64,000 nt of DNA, taken from Dehalococcoidia bacterium (GTDB lineage Bacteria > Chloroflexota > Dehalococcoidia > DSTF01 > RBG-16-68-14). Below, piece after piece: positions 1-9,237 of this stretch. The notes below the pieces were generated by a model. It saw nothing but the letters and a program-made list of their open reading frames with translations, ran no database searches and had not been told where the DNA came from. The stretch is taken from assembly GCA_040902195.1 (NCBI GenBank), contig JBBDXS010000014.1, positions 256,457 to 320,456 of the forward strand. The letters run 5' to 3'. The translations under genes and the position numbers were made by a program. Numbering within the stretch: the stretch's first letter is position 1; each line of letters begins with the position of its first letter.

Positions 1-855
1 CTGATCGGCGCAAGGCTGAACTGGATCATGCACTTCGGCATGCCGCCGCGCTTCAACCCCAACGTGCGCATTATTCAACTCGACATCGCCCCCGAAGAGA
101 TCGGAACGAACGTGCCGGCCGAAGTCGGCCTCGTCGGCGACGCGAAGACCGTCGTCGGGCAGCTCAACGCCGCGCTCGAGGAGCGGCCGTGGCAGTTCAG
201 CCCGGAGAACACCTGGCGCACCGGCATCCAGAAGAAGATCGAGGAGAACGCAGAGGCCGTCGACGCGATGCTGAACGACGAATCGGTGCCGATGGGCTAC
301 TACCGCGTCCTGCGCGAGATCCGCGACGCCATCGGCAGGGACACGATCCTGATCAACGAGGGCGCGAACACGATGGACATCGGGCGGCAAGTGCTGCCCA
401 ACTACCTGCCGCGCCACCGGCTCGATGCCGGATCCTTCGGCACGATGGGTTGCGGGCTCCCGTTCGCGATCGCCGCGGCTGCCGTGTTCCCCGACAAGCG
501 CGTCGTCGCCGTCGAGGGCGACTCGGCGTTCGGTTTCTCTGGCATGGAGGTCGAGGTGGCGTGCCGCTACCGGATGCCGATCACGTTTGTCATCGTGAAC
601 AACAACGGCATCAGCGGCGGCCCGAACGAGCTCGACCCGGAGAAGCCGGTGCCGGTGATGGCGCTTACGCCTCGCGCGCACTACGAAAAGATGATCGAAG
701 GCTTCGGTGGCCTCGGCTTCTACTGCGAGGAGCCGGGGCAGATCGGCCCGGCCATGCAGCAGGCGTACGAGAGCGGCAAGCCGGCCATCGTGAACATCGC
801 GATCAACCCGCGCAGCGGCCGCAAGCCTCAGCAGTTCGCCTGGCTCACGCGCTAG
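1..855 (+). CDS. oxc: ThDP-dependent oxalyl-CoA decarboxylase / 2-hydroxyacyl-CoA lyase family enzyme, C-terminal part (5' end outside window)
   Basis: Frame stays open back to nt 1 (LIGARLNWIMHFG...). ThDP-binding motif GTMGCGLPFAIAAA...VEGDSAFGFSGMEVEVACRY...VNNNGI matches the oxalyl-CoA decarboxylase PP domain pattern. Confidence 0.8.
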   Translation: MIGARLNWIMHFGMPPRFNPNVRIIQLDIAPEEIGTNVPAEVGLVGDAKTVVGQLNAALEERPWQFSPENTWRTGIQKKIEENAEAVDAMLNDESVPMGYYRVLREIRDAIGRDTILINEGANTMDIGRQVLPNYLPRHRLDAGSFGTMGCGLPFAIAAAAVFPDKRVVAVEGDSAFGFSGMEVEVACRYRMPITFVIVNNNGISGGPNELDPEKPVPVMALTPRAHYEKMIEGFGGLGFYCEEPGQIGPAMQQAYESGKPAIVNIAINPRSGRKPQQFAWLTR

Positions 856-869
856 GCGCCCGTGATGTT

Positions 870-915
870 GTCATCCTGAGCCGGTCCGCCTCAGGCGGAC
901 AAGGCGAAGGACCTC
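870..915 (+). repeat. Dispersed repeat family A (GTCATCCTGAGC ... GAAGGAYCTC), compact copy with internal hairpin GTCCGCC-TCA-GGCGGAC
   Basis: Ends match 33399-33436, and in reverse complement 18140-18165 and 33519-33544. Lies in the intergenic region after oxc. Confidence 0.7.
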
Positions 916-951
916 CGTCTCCGATGTGAAGAGACCTCCGCGAACGACACC

Positions 952-979
952 GTAGGGGCGCATGGCCATGCGCCCCTAC
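952..979. repeat. 28-nt perfect palindrome GTAGGGGCGCATGGCCATGCGCCCCTAC (REP-like, copy 1 of 4)
   Basis: Identical sequence at 11928-11955 and 55775-55802. A partial copy lies at 29523-29546. Confidence 0.9.
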
Positions 980-1012
980 CTTCCTGTCCGTTTCGAGCGG
1001 TACCCTGGGCCC

Positions 1013-1405
1013 ATGTTCGCGCGCGCAGACCTGATCGTTGCGTTCGCCGTTCTCATCGCCGTCGGAACGGCTATCGGAGGAACGCTTATCGGCGGACAGC
1101 TCTGCGCCCCGTTCGATGACTGCGGGAAGATCCCAACGGAGAACGACACGACATACGACGCGGACTGGCACGGCTGGCCCGTACCTTGGAAGACCGACAT
1201 GTCCGCGGAGTGGCAGCACGAGAACAACTGGGACAAGACGCTGGTCCTGACCTTCGGAACGAGCGTCTCGTTCCCTTTATTCGTCCTGTCGCTGGGCGTT
1301 TGGTTTGCCCTCGCAATTGCGGCGGAGGGACTCACCCTCGTCGCCTGGTGGCTGGCACGACGCCGTAGGTCGGGGTCTTTAGACCCCGACACGACTGGGC
1401 CCTAA
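1013..1405 (+). CDS. Hypothetical small membrane protein
   Basis: ORF 962..1405. The ATG at 962 lies inside the palindrome, so the ATG at 1013 (MFARADLIVAFAVLIAVG...) is preferred. Two hydrophobic segments. The C-terminal codons run into a GTAG hairpin. Confidence 0.4.
   Translation: MFARADLIVAFAVLIAVGTAIGGTLIGGQLCAPFDDCGKIPTENDTTYDADWHGWPVPWKTDMSAEWQHENNWDKTLVLTFGTSVSFPLFVLSLGVWFALAIAAEGLTLVAWWLARRRRSGSLDPDTTGP
1365..1390 (+). repeat. GTAG-headed hairpin GTAG-GTCGGGGTCT-TT-AGACCCCGAC (10-bp stem)
   Basis: Perfect 10-bp stem directly after GTAG. Sits at the junction of two convergent genes, so it is a possible bidirectional terminator. Confidence 0.7.
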
Positions 1406-1791
1406 CGCCCCTCCGCCGTACTGCTCACCGGCGTACCGCCACCGATGGGTATCCCGTCCGGCGCCTTCGCGCAGTCCACGCTATCGATATAGCTCATCGT
1501 CTCCAGCTCCGCCTCTATCACCTCACACACATTCCTTCCGTTCGTCTTGAACCGCGCGACGCCCGTCGGCGGGAACGTCTCCTGGATGAGGAAGTCGACG
1601 TCGGGGTCGTAGCCGCGCAGGTACGCCGCGACGAAGTCCAAGTCCGGCTGCGTGACGCTCGCGTTGAAATGCACGATCACTTCGTACCGCGTGTCAGCCT
1701 CGCTGCGGCACGCGACAAGGAAGCACAGCGCCAGGAACAGCGCTGCTGCGCCCCCTCGCCCGACCGTTACGTAAAGTCTCGTATTGTGCAT
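1402..1791 (-). CDS. Hypothetical lipoprotein
   Basis: The N-terminus AAALFLALCFLVAC looks like a signal peptide with a lipobox Cys. No recognisable domain. Confidence 0.55.
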   Translation of the reverse strand: MHNTRLYVTVGRGGAAALFLALCFLVACRSEADTRYEVIVHFNASVTQPDLDFVAAYLRGYDPDVDFLIQETFPPTGVARFKTNGRNVCEVIEAELETMSYIDSVDCAKAPDGIPIGGGTPVSSTAEGR

Positions 1792-1905
1792 GCGGATTAG
1801 TTTGACACGTTGATTCTAGCTTCGCTACCCTTCCTCTACCGATTCCGGCACGGCCCTTTCCAAACACCGCTTGTAGCCCGGTCCTCGAACCCGCTGGAGG
1901 AACCG

Positions 1906-3159
1906 ATGTACGGTACGCTGGCGCTCCAACCGAAAGCCGTCGATGAATACCGAGCCGTCGCAGGCGACGCAGCGATCGATGAAGTGCGTCGCCTCGCCGA
2001 ACCGCTACGCGGCCTCCGTGTCCTTCATCTCAGCGTAACCGCGTTCGGCACCGGCGTCGCCGAGCTGCTGAACTCCGCCGTTCCCCTCCTCTCAAACGTC
2101 GGCCTCGAATGTAGCTGGCAAGTCGTGCGGCCCGTCGAGGAGTCGGCTTCGGCGAACAAGGCGCTCTATCGCGCGCTCGCCGGCTTCGACGACGGCTGGT
2201 CGCCCGAGATGCAGGACGTCTGGCTCCGCTACAGCGCGATGAACGCCGAGCTGCTCACAGAACCCTTCGATGTCGTCATCGTTCACGACCCGCAGCCCGC
2301 CGCGATTCGCTCGTTCGTGCCGGAGTCGGCGCGGATGCACACACGCTGGGTGATGCACTCGCACCTGGACCTCTCGTCGGCCTCCGCCGTCGCCTGGAAG
2401 ATGCTGCGTCCGCACCTCGACGGCTACGACGCCATCGTGTTCGACAGCGACGCGTTCCTCCATCCCAGCCTGCACGGCGAGCCCGTGCGCGTCATCCGGC
2501 CCGCCATCGATCCGCTCGGCCCGCGCAACATGGACCTCTCCGGCGAGACAATCGATACGATCCTCCGTCGCTACGGCATCGACGCGGACCGGCCGCTCGT
2601 CTGCCAGCTCTCGCCCTGTGACCCGGCAAGCGATATGCTGGGCGCGATAGACGTGCACGAAGGCGTCCGTCGCGAGGTGCCCGGCCTGCAGCTTGTGCTC
2701 ATCGCATCGAACCCACCGGAGGACCCGGCGAGCATCGCGTGTTTCGATGAGACGGTGCGCAAGTCCATGGAGTACCCGGACGTGCACATCCTGCGCGGCG
2801 TAAGCGAGGTCGGGAACGTGGAGGTGAACGCCTTCCAGCGCGCAAGCGACGTCGTGATCCAGAAAGGGCTGCGCAAGGGCTTCGGCATCTGGATCTCCGA
2901 CGCGCAGTGGAAAGAGCGCCCCGTCGTAGCGGCTCGCGCCGGCGGCCTGCCCCAGCAGGTCGAGGACGGCAAAACGGGCTTCCTGGCCGCTACGACCAGG
3001 GAGTTCATCGAACGCGTAACAATGCTGCTTCGCGATCCGGAACTGATGCGCAGGCTGGGCAAGGCCGGCCACGAGCACGTCGCGAAGAACTTTCTGCTCC
3101 CACGCTTCCTGGCGGATGAGCTTCGGCTCCTGAGCGATGTGACGCGGAGGGGAACCTAG
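1906..3159 (+). CDS. TreT-like GT4 glycosyltransferase paralogue with degenerate catalytic motifs
   Basis: Collinear with the downstream TreT. GGAGG lies 5 nt before ATG 1906. Motifs are altered: SVTAFGTGVAE (vs [11 protein letters not shown]), PCDPASD (vs RFDPWKD), RKGFGIWISDAQWK (vs [14 protein letters not shown]). Confidence 0.7.
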   Translation: MYGTLALQPKAVDEYRAVAGDAAIDEVRRLAEPLRGLRVLHLSVTAFGTGVAELLNSAVPLLSNVGLECSWQVVRPVEESASANKALYRALAGFDDGWSPEMQDVWLRYSAMNAELLTEPFDVVIVHDPQPAAIRSFVPESARMHTRWVMHSHLDLSSASAVAWKMLRPHLDGYDAIVFDSDAFLHPSLHGEPVRVIRPAIDPLGPRNMDLSGETIDTILRRYGIDADRPLVCQLSPCDPASDMLGAIDVHEGVRREVPGLQLVLIASNPPEDPASIACFDETVRKSMEYPDVHILRGVSEVGNVEVNAFQRASDVVIQKGLRKGFGIWISDAQWKERPVVAARAGGLPQQVEDGKTGFLAATTREFIERVTMLLRDPELMRRLGKAGHEHVAKNFLLPRFLADELRLLSDVTRRGT

Positions 3160-3167
3160 CCCTACCA

Positions 3168-4460
3168 ATGCTCGGGTCCGTACCGCTCACACCCAAGGCG
3201 CTGGACGACTACCGCCTTGTCATCGGTGAAGAGCGCGTACAGGAAATCCGCAAGCTCGCCGCCGGCCTGAAAGGGGCGCGTGTGCTGCACCTCAACGCCA
3301 CGTCGTTCGGCGGCGGCGTCGCGGAGATCCTCTCGACCCTTGTGCCGCTGATGAACGACATCGGTCTTGTCAGCGACTGGCAAGTGATCCGCGGCGCAGA
3401 CGAGTTCTACAACGTCACGAAGGCGCTCCACAACAGCCTCCAGGGCATGTTCGTCGACTGGACGCCCCAGATGCGCGACGTCTGGCTCCACCACAACGAC
3501 CTGAACGCCGACCTTTTCGACGAGAGCTACGACTACGTCATCGTCCACGACCCACAGCCCGCCGCGATGCTCTCGCTCCTGCGCGAACGTGGCTCGCCTC
3601 ACGCCACCGGCCGCTGGATCTGGCGCTGCCATATCGATCTGACGGACGCCCAGGCACAGACCTGGGACATGCTCAAGCCCTACCTGCGTGCGTACGACGG
3701 GGCCGTCTTCACCGCGGGCGACTACGTGAAGGAGGGCCTGGAGGACGGTCCTCAGCTCTTCATCGTCCCGCCGGCGATCGACCCGCTCTCTCCGAAGAAC
3801 GTCGATCTCTCGGACGAGACGTATCGCGCTATCCTGGAGCGCTACGGTGTCGATCACACGCGGCCATTCGTCGCGCAGATCTCACGGTTCGATCCCTGGA
3901 AGGACCCACTCGGCGTGATCGAGGCGTACCGCATGGTGAAAGAGGAGATGCCCGAGCTGCAGCTTGTTCTCGTCGCATCAATGGCACACGACGACCCGGA
4001 GGGGTGGGCCTGGTACGAGCGCACCGTCCGCCGCGCAGGCGAGGACTTTGATATCAAGATCCTGTCCAATCTGAACGGCGTCGGCAACGTCGAGGTGAAC
4101 GCGTTTCAGCGCGCCAACGTTGTGATCCAAAAGTCGGTGCGCGAAGGCTTCGGCCTCGTCGTCTCTGAGGCATTGTGGAAGCGACGGCCCGTCGTCGCCG
4201 GGCGTGTCGGCGGCATCCCGCTCCAGATCATCGATGGCGAGACGGGCTACCTCGTTACGACGACGGAGGAGTGCGCCCAGCGCGTTCGCGACCTGCTGGC
4301 CGACAGCGACCTCGCGGACGAGATGGGCGCGGCCGGCCGCGAGTTTGTGCGCGAGCGCTTCTTGATCACGCGCTACCTGCGCGATTACCTGCAGATGTTT
4401 CATTCACTGGCGAATGCGCCGGCAGCAACAGAGGCGTCGGCCGCGGAGGGCGGAGCATGA
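3168..4460 (+). CDS. treT: Trehalose synthase, TreT type (trehalose glycosyltransferring synthase, GT4)
   Basis: Near full-length resemblance to archaeal TreT: [86 protein letters not shown]. Confidence 0.85.
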   Translation: MLGSVPLTPKALDDYRLVIGEERVQEIRKLAAGLKGARVLHLNATSFGGGVAEILSTLVPLMNDIGLVSDWQVIRGADEFYNVTKALHNSLQGMFVDWTPQMRDVWLHHNDLNADLFDESYDYVIVHDPQPAAMLSLLRERGSPHATGRWIWRCHIDLTDAQAQTWDMLKPYLRAYDGAVFTAGDYVKEGLEDGPQLFIVPPAIDPLSPKNVDLSDETYRAILERYGVDHTRPFVAQISRFDPWKDPLGVIEAYRMVKEEMPELQLVLVASMAHDDPEGWAWYERTVRRAGEDFDIKILSNLNGVGNVEVNAFQRANVVIQKSVREGFGLVVSEALWKRRPVVAGRVGGIPLQIIDGETGYLVTTTEECAQRVRDLLADSDLADEMGAAGREFVRERFLITRYLRDYLQMFHSLANAPAATEASAAEGGA

Positions 4461-5749
4461 CAAGGACAATAGCCATGATTCTGGCAGGGGGTGAGGGCGA
4501 CAGGCTGAGCGTGCTCTCGGAGGCGCGCGCGAAGCCCGCCGTCGTCTTCGGCGGCCGCTACCGCATCATCGATTTCGCGTTGAGCAACTGCGCGAACTCC
4601 AGCATCAAGACCGTCGGCGTGCTGACGCAGTACCGGCCGCGCTCGCTGAACGAGCATATCGGCATCGGCGCGCCGTGGGACCTCGACAGGCTAAACGGCC
4701 GCGTGAGTATCCTCCAACCGTACTTGGGCCACCAGGCCTCCGACTGGTACAGCGGGACCGCCGACGCGATCTTCCAAAACTGGTACTACGTCGAGGAGGC
4801 GCGCGCAGACGAAGTGCTTATCCTCGCGGGCGATCACGTCTACAAGATGGATTATGACGACCTGTTCGCCTTCCATCACGCGCGCGGCGCGGACGTGACC
4901 GTGCCGGTGCAAACGGTCCCGTGGGAGGATGCCCACCGATACGGCACGCTCTTCGTCGAGGGCGACGGACGCATCGTCGGCTTCGACGAGAAGCCGGCAA
5001 CACCGCGCTCCAACCTGATCTCGATGGGCATCTACCTCTTCAATAAGGACGTGCTCGTGCAGGGACTGGTCTCCGACGCCCCGCGAAAGGACAGCTCGCA
5101 CGACTTCGGCCACGACATCCTGCCGGCGCTCGTGAGCGACCCCAAACGCAAGGTCTACGCCTACAGGTTCGATGGCTACTGGCGTGATGTGGGGACGATC
5201 GAATCGTACTTCCAGGCGAACATGGACTTACTCGACGATCTGCCCGGCCTCGATCTCTACGACCGCGACAAGCGGGTGTTCACCCCACGTGCGAGCGATC
5301 CGCCCGTGAAGCTCGGCGCGAACGCGGTGACGCACAAGTCGCTGCTCTCGCAGGGAACGATCATCAACGGCACCGTCGAACGCTCGGTGCTCTCCCCGCG
5401 CGTGTTCGTCGAGGATGGCGCGATCGTGCGCGACTCGATCATCTTTAACGACGTACGCATCGAGGCCGGCGCCATCGTCGAACGTTGCATCCTGGACAAG
5501 GAGGTCTGGGTAGGCAAAGACGCGATCGTCGGCTACGGCGATGACTGGTCCCCGAACAAGGAGCGGCCGGACATCGTCAACTGCGGCATCACAATTCTCG
5601 GCAAGCGCGCGCGCATCCCCGGGGCCGTCATGATCGGGCGGAACTGCGTCATCGGGCCGGACGTGACCGCCGTGCCGGCCGAAGGGAACTACATCGTCAG
5701 CGGCACAACACTGCGGCTCCAGCAGCGCATCCCTTCGTTCTCGGTCTGA
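4457..5749 (+). CDS. glgC: Glucose-1-phosphate adenylyltransferase (ADP-glucose pyrophosphorylase)
   Basis: [42 protein letters not shown] plus a C-terminal left-handed beta-helix region. ATG 4457 overlaps the treT stop (ATGA). The track's upstream 94 codons are a shadow-frame extension. Confidence 0.9.
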   Translation: MTRTIAMILAGGEGDRLSVLSEARAKPAVVFGGRYRIIDFALSNCANSSIKTVGVLTQYRPRSLNEHIGIGAPWDLDRLNGRVSILQPYLGHQASDWYSGTADAIFQNWYYVEEARADEVLILAGDHVYKMDYDDLFAFHHARGADVTVPVQTVPWEDAHRYGTLFVEGDGRIVGFDEKPATPRSNLISMGIYLFNKDVLVQGLVSDAPRKDSSHDFGHDILPALVSDPKRKVYAYRFDGYWRDVGTIESYFQANMDLLDDLPGLDLYDRDKRVFTPRASDPPVKLGANAVTHKSLLSQGTIINGTVERSVLSPRVFVEDGAIVRDSIIFNDVRIEAGAIVERCILDKEVWVGKDAIVGYGDDWSPNKERPDIVNCGITILGKRARIPGAVMIGRNCVIGPDVTAVPAEGNYIVSGTTLRLQQRIPSFSV

Positions 5750-5818
5750 GTTGACGCCAACGCCGGCTGCCGGGGTATGATGCCGTGATTCACCGCGTAT
5801 TCCAGTAGGAGGATTCCC

Positions 5819-7261
5819 ATGCGCGATCTCGCCCTCCGCGCGCTCGATACCGCGCGCAACAAAGGCGCTCACTACGCAGACGTCCGCATCCTGCGCCAGC
5901 AGGCCGAGTCGGTCACGGTGCGCCTCCAAAACGTCGAGGCGCTCACACACGACGAATCGATGGGCTTCGGCGTGCGCGTGCTCGTCGACGGCTACTGGGG
6001 TTTCGCGAGCAGCCACAAGATGACCCTGGATGAGGCCGATCGCGTCGCGGCGGAGGCTGTACGCATCGCCAGGGCGTCCGCGATCGTGCCCGGCAAGGCG
6101 GCGGACATCGGCCCACCGATGAGCATCGTCGACACGTACGTTACGCCGGTGCAGCAGGACCCGTTCGCCGTTTCGCTCGACGACAAGATCGCTCTGCTCC
6201 TCGCCGCGACGGAGACGATGGCGGGCGTCGGCGGCATCGTCATGGCGGAAGGCAACATCTACAGCCAGCGCGACGAAAAGCTCTTCATGAGCACGGAAGG
6301 AAGCGAGATCAACCAGACGCTCGTGGAGACCGGCTGCGGCATCGAGGCGACGGCAGTCGATGAGGGCGAAGTACAGCGCCGTTCATACCCGAACAGCGTC
6401 GGCCGCCACCAGGGCACCGAGGGTTGGGAGTTCATGGAGCGCTACGATCTGCCCGGCAACGCCCAGCGCGTCGCGGAAGAGGCCGCCGAGCTGCTGCGCG
6501 CGAAGCCCTGTCCGTCCGGCGTAACGACGGTCATTCTTGACGGCAGCCAGGTCGCGCTCCAGATCCACGAGTCGTGCGGCCACGCCATCGAGCTCGACCG
6601 CGTGTTGGGCACGGAGGCCGCGTTTGCGGGCACAAGCTTCCTTACGACGGACAAGCTAGGCGGCTTCATGTACGGCTCGCCCTCAGTGAACATCACCGCC
6701 GACGCGACGATCCCCGGCGGCCTCGGCACGTTCGGCTACGACGACGAAGGCGTGCCGGCCCACTCGACGCCCGTCGTGCGCGACGGACTGTTCGTCGGTT
6801 ATCTTACGTCGCGGGAGTCGGCAGCGGCGCTCGGCCAGACAAGCAACGGCGCGATGCGCGCGTCAGGCTGGAACCGCATCCCGCTCATCCGCATGACGAA
6901 CGTCAATCTCGATCCGGGCACATGGAAGTTCGATGACCTCATCGCCGATACCGAGGACGGCGTCTACATGGAGACTAACCGTAGCTGGAGCATCGACGAC
7001 CGGCGGCTCAATTTTCAGTTCGGCACGGAGATTGGGCGCGAGGTCAAGAACGGCAAGCTCGGCGCGCTCCTCAAGAACGCCACCTACACGGGCATCACGC
7101 CCAAGTTCTGGGGCTCCTGCGACGCCGTCTGCAATCGCGACCACTGGGTCGTCTGGGGCACGCCGAACTGCGGGAAGGGCCAGCCGGAGCAGGTCGCACA
7201 CACGGGCCACGGCGCGGCGCCCGCCCGCTACCGCAACGTCCAGGTTGGGATCATGAAATAG
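5819..7261 (+). CDS. tldD: TldD metalloprotease (peptidase U62)
   Basis: HESCGHAIELD (HExxxH) and the C-terminal GxC...GKG region typical of TldD. AGGAGG lies 7 nt upstream of the ATG. Confidence 0.9.
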   Translation: MRDLALRALDTARNKGAHYADVRILRQQAESVTVRLQNVEALTHDESMGFGVRVLVDGYWGFASSHKMTLDEADRVAAEAVRIARASAIVPGKAADIGPPMSIVDTYVTPVQQDPFAVSLDDKIALLLAATETMAGVGGIVMAEGNIYSQRDEKLFMSTEGSEINQTLVETGCGIEATAVDEGEVQRRSYPNSVGRHQGTEGWEFMERYDLPGNAQRVAEEAAELLRAKPCPSGVTTVILDGSQVALQIHESCGHAIELDRVLGTEAAFAGTSFLTTDKLGGFMYGSPSVNITADATIPGGLGTFGYDDEGVPAHSTPVVRDGLFVGYLTSRESAAALGQTSNGAMRASGWNRIPLIRMTNVNLDPGTWKFDDLIADTEDGVYMETNRSWSIDDRRLNFQFGTEIGREVKNGKLGALLKNATYTGITPKFWGSCDAVCNRDHWVVWGTPNCGKGQPEQVAHTGHGAAPARYRNVQVGIMK

Positions 7262-7274
7262 CGCCGATCTGACC

Positions 7275-7303
7275 TTGACAAAGATATCAGACTATGGTAA
7301 TAT
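7275..7303 (+). promoter_or_regulatory. Consensus-like sigma-70 promoter of vapBC (TTGACA-17 nt-TAATAT) with TCAGAC repeats
   Basis: TTGACA 7275-7280, 17-nt spacer, TAATAT 7298-7303, ATG at 7313. This AT-rich patch stands out in a GC-rich genome. TCAGAC occurs twice, and TCTGA/TCAGA form an inverted pair. Confidence 0.5.
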
Positions 7304-7312
7304 TTTCAGACG

Positions 7313-7621
7313 ATGGTAGGGAAGTCTGACCAGCCGGACTCTGACGAAGCGCCCAAAGTAACGGACGAGTCCAGCGTCTACGCCCGCGGCCAGACCGTCA
7401 TCCCCAAGATGATCCGGGACGCCCTGGCCATCGAATACGGGACCAAGCTTCACTGGGAGGTCCGGGAAGGAGCGATCCACGTCATGCCAATACCCAAGAA
7501 ACCCGTTCAGGCCCTACGTGGCATCCTCAAGGGCACCGGCTTCACATGGGAGAAGTTCATGGCGGAGCGAAAGGCAGAACGCGAGCTGGACCGAGAACGC
7601 GAGAAGCGCCTGCTCTCGTGA
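7313..7621 (+). CDS. vapB: AbrB/SpoVT-family antitoxin (VapB-like)
   Basis: SpoVT-AbrB-like segment ARGQTVIPKMIRDALAI. The stop overlaps the downstream PIN gene start (GTGA). Confidence 0.75.
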   Translation: MVGKSDQPDSDEAPKVTDESSVYARGQTVIPKMIRDALAIEYGTKLHWEVREGAIHVMPIPKKPVQALRGILKGTGFTWEKFMAERKAERELDREREKRLLS

Positions 7622-8001
7622 GCTACGTCCTCGATACGACTGCGGTCATAACGCTGCTTGACGATCGACCCGGCGCCGATCAGGTGCAGGCGGTCATGGA
7701 AGGGGAGGAAGACGTGTTCCTCCCCTTCATCACGCTTATGGAGGTTCGCTACGTGCTCATGCGCCAATACCCCCCGGAACGGGTCGCCGAGCTCATCGAG
7801 ATCATTCGCGCCACGGCCGTGAAGATCGAGGAGTCGACGCCGGAATGGGGCGTCAGGGCCGCCTTGGTCAAGAGCCGCGGCGGCCTCTCCTTAGCCGATT
7901 CCTGGATCGCCGCGCTGGCGCTCCTCCGCGACGCGACGCTCCTCCACCACGACCCCGAGTACGATCAGGTCAAAGGGCTCAAAGCCCTCCGCTTGCGCTA
8001 G
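7618..8001 (+). CDS. vapC: PIN-domain ribonuclease toxin (VapC)
   Basis: VLDTTAVI...(E)...LSLADSWIAALAL...HHDPEY shows PIN acidic residues in the usual order. GTG 7618 is coupled to vapB. Confidence 0.8.
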   Translation: MSYVLDTTAVITLLDDRPGADQVQAVMEGEEDVFLPFITLMEVRYVLMRQYPPERVAELIEIIRATAVKIEESTPEWGVRAALVKSRGGLSLADSWIAALALLRDATLLHHDPEYDQVKGLKALRLR

Positions 8002-8010
8002 AATCGCCTG

Positions 8011-8391
8011 GTGGAGCCCGAACATTTCGAGGAGCTGGTCCGGCGCGCGCTCGATACGCTCCCTCAAGACATCGCAGCGCGTATCGACAACGTCGACGTG
8101 GAAGTCCACGACTGGCCGGATGCCGCGCTGCTCGCTTCCGCCCGCGTCGGCCGGGGCCGGACGCTGCTCGGCCTCTACCAGGGCGTGCCGCTGACGCGCC
8201 GGAACTCCGGCTACAACCTCGTCGCGCCGGACCGGATCATCATCTTCCAGGGACCGATCGAGCGGCTGGCGAGCAACGACGACGAGCTGGTCGACCGCGT
8301 GCGCGAAGTCGTCGTGCACGAGGTCGCCCACCACTTCGGCATCAGCGACGCGCGCCTCGCCGAGATCGAGCGCGAACGGAGGCAGCGCTAG
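8011..8391 (+). CDS. Zincin-like metallopeptidase family protein (DUF1025/Zincin_1-like)
   Basis: C-terminal HEVAHHFG motif in a ~125-aa protein with the usual N-terminal FEELVRRALDTLP segment. Confidence 0.75.
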   Translation: MEPEHFEELVRRALDTLPQDIAARIDNVDVEVHDWPDAALLASARVGRGRTLLGLYQGVPLTRRNSGYNLVAPDRIIIFQGPIERLASNDDELVDRVREVVVHEVAHHFGISDARLAEIERERRQR

Positions 8392-9237
8392 ATGCCTCGC
8401 GCTATCGATGTCCACATCCACCCGCCGGTGCCCGGGCACCAGCTCCCGACCGACGACCCGGAGACGCGCGCCTACTTCCGCTCGGCGATGGACCATCGCA
8501 CGGTGGAGGAGATGGCGGAGTACTATGCACAGCTCGACATCTTTGGTGTGATCTTCCACAGCGACGCCGAAACAGCGACCGGGATCCCGCCCGTCCCGAA
8601 CGACGCTATCGCCGAGATTGTGCGCCGCTATCCGCAGCGGTTCGCCGGTTTTGGCTCCGTCGATCCGTGGAAGCCGGACACCATCCGTGAAGTCGAGCGT
8701 TGCGCAAGCGAGCTGGGGTTGATCGGGCTGAAGTTCCATCCCCAGCAGCAGGCCTTCTACCCAAACGACGCCGAGCGCTGCTATCCGATCTGGGAAGTCG
8801 CGCAGCGGCTGGGGCTGATCGTGCTGTTTCACACCGGCACGACGGGCGTCGGCGCCGGGAAGCCGGGCGGCGGCGGGATCAAGCTCAAGTACGCGCGGCC
8901 CATACCTTACATCGATGACGTCGCCGCCGACTTCCCGGAGCTGACGATCATCATGGCCCACCCCAGCTTTCCCTGGCAGGACGAGCAGCTCGCGATGCTG
9001 GTGCACAAGCCGAACGTGTACATGGACCTCTCCGGCTGGTCGCCGAAGTACTTCTCGCCGCTGCTCGTGCAGTACGCGAAGACGCTGGCGCAGGACAAGG
9101 TCATGTTCGGCTCCGACTACCCGGTAATCAGCCCGGAGCGCTGGCTGAACGACTTCGACGCGCTCGGCTTCGACGACGCGGTGCGCCAGAAAGTGCTCTT
9201 CGACAACGCCAAGCGCGTCCTCAGGCTGGACGTATGA
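8392..9237 (+). CDS. Amidohydrolase-2 family metal-dependent hydrolase
   Basis: N-terminal IDVHIHPP metal-binding motif, later FHTG and MAHPS, and a TIM-barrel hydrolase pattern. Confidence 0.8.
   Translation: MPRAIDVHIHPPVPGHQLPTDDPETRAYFRSAMDHRTVEEMAEYYAQLDIFGVIFHSDAETATGIPPVPNDAIAEIVRRYPQRFAGFGSVDPWKPDTIREVERCASELGLIGLKFHPQQQAFYPNDAERCYPIWEVAQRLGLIVLFHTGTTGVGAGKPGGGGIKLKYARPIPYIDDVAADFPELTIIMAHPSFPWQDEQLAMLVHKPNVYMDLSGWSPKYFSPLLVQYAKTLAQDKVMFGSDYPVISPERWLNDFDALGFDDAVRQKVLFDNAKRVLRLDV

Noticed and set aside
2092-3168. Long antisense or out-of-frame ORFs overlapping recognised genes, e.g. 2092..3168(-), 10047..11477(-), 18198..19553(+), 26009..27457(+), 26682..28106(-), 43324..45504(+), 43634..45556(-), 50622..51575(-), 58876..60672(-), 63051..63941(-)
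   Set aside because: All are Arg/Ala/Pro/Gly-rich, low-complexity translations. They lie opposite or out of frame to genes with strong family signatures. This is the expected shadow-ORF artefact of a GC-rich genome with few stop codons.
3880-3900. tRNA T-arm-like GGTTCGATCC
   Set aside because: It lies inside the treT codons for SRFDPWK. There is no acceptor or anticodon stem around it. No tRNA, including tRNA-Sec near selA, could be assembled anywhere in the window.
4175-4456. 94-codon N-terminal extension of the glgC ORF in the track, with similar extensions for 24371, 47357, 49411, 55151, 22703, 34940 and 58248
   Set aside because: The extensions overlap the preceding genes in another frame and have Arg-rich junk composition. 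The canonical N-termini of the families begin at internal ATG or GTG codons that are coupled to the upstream stops or preceded by SD or -10 elements.
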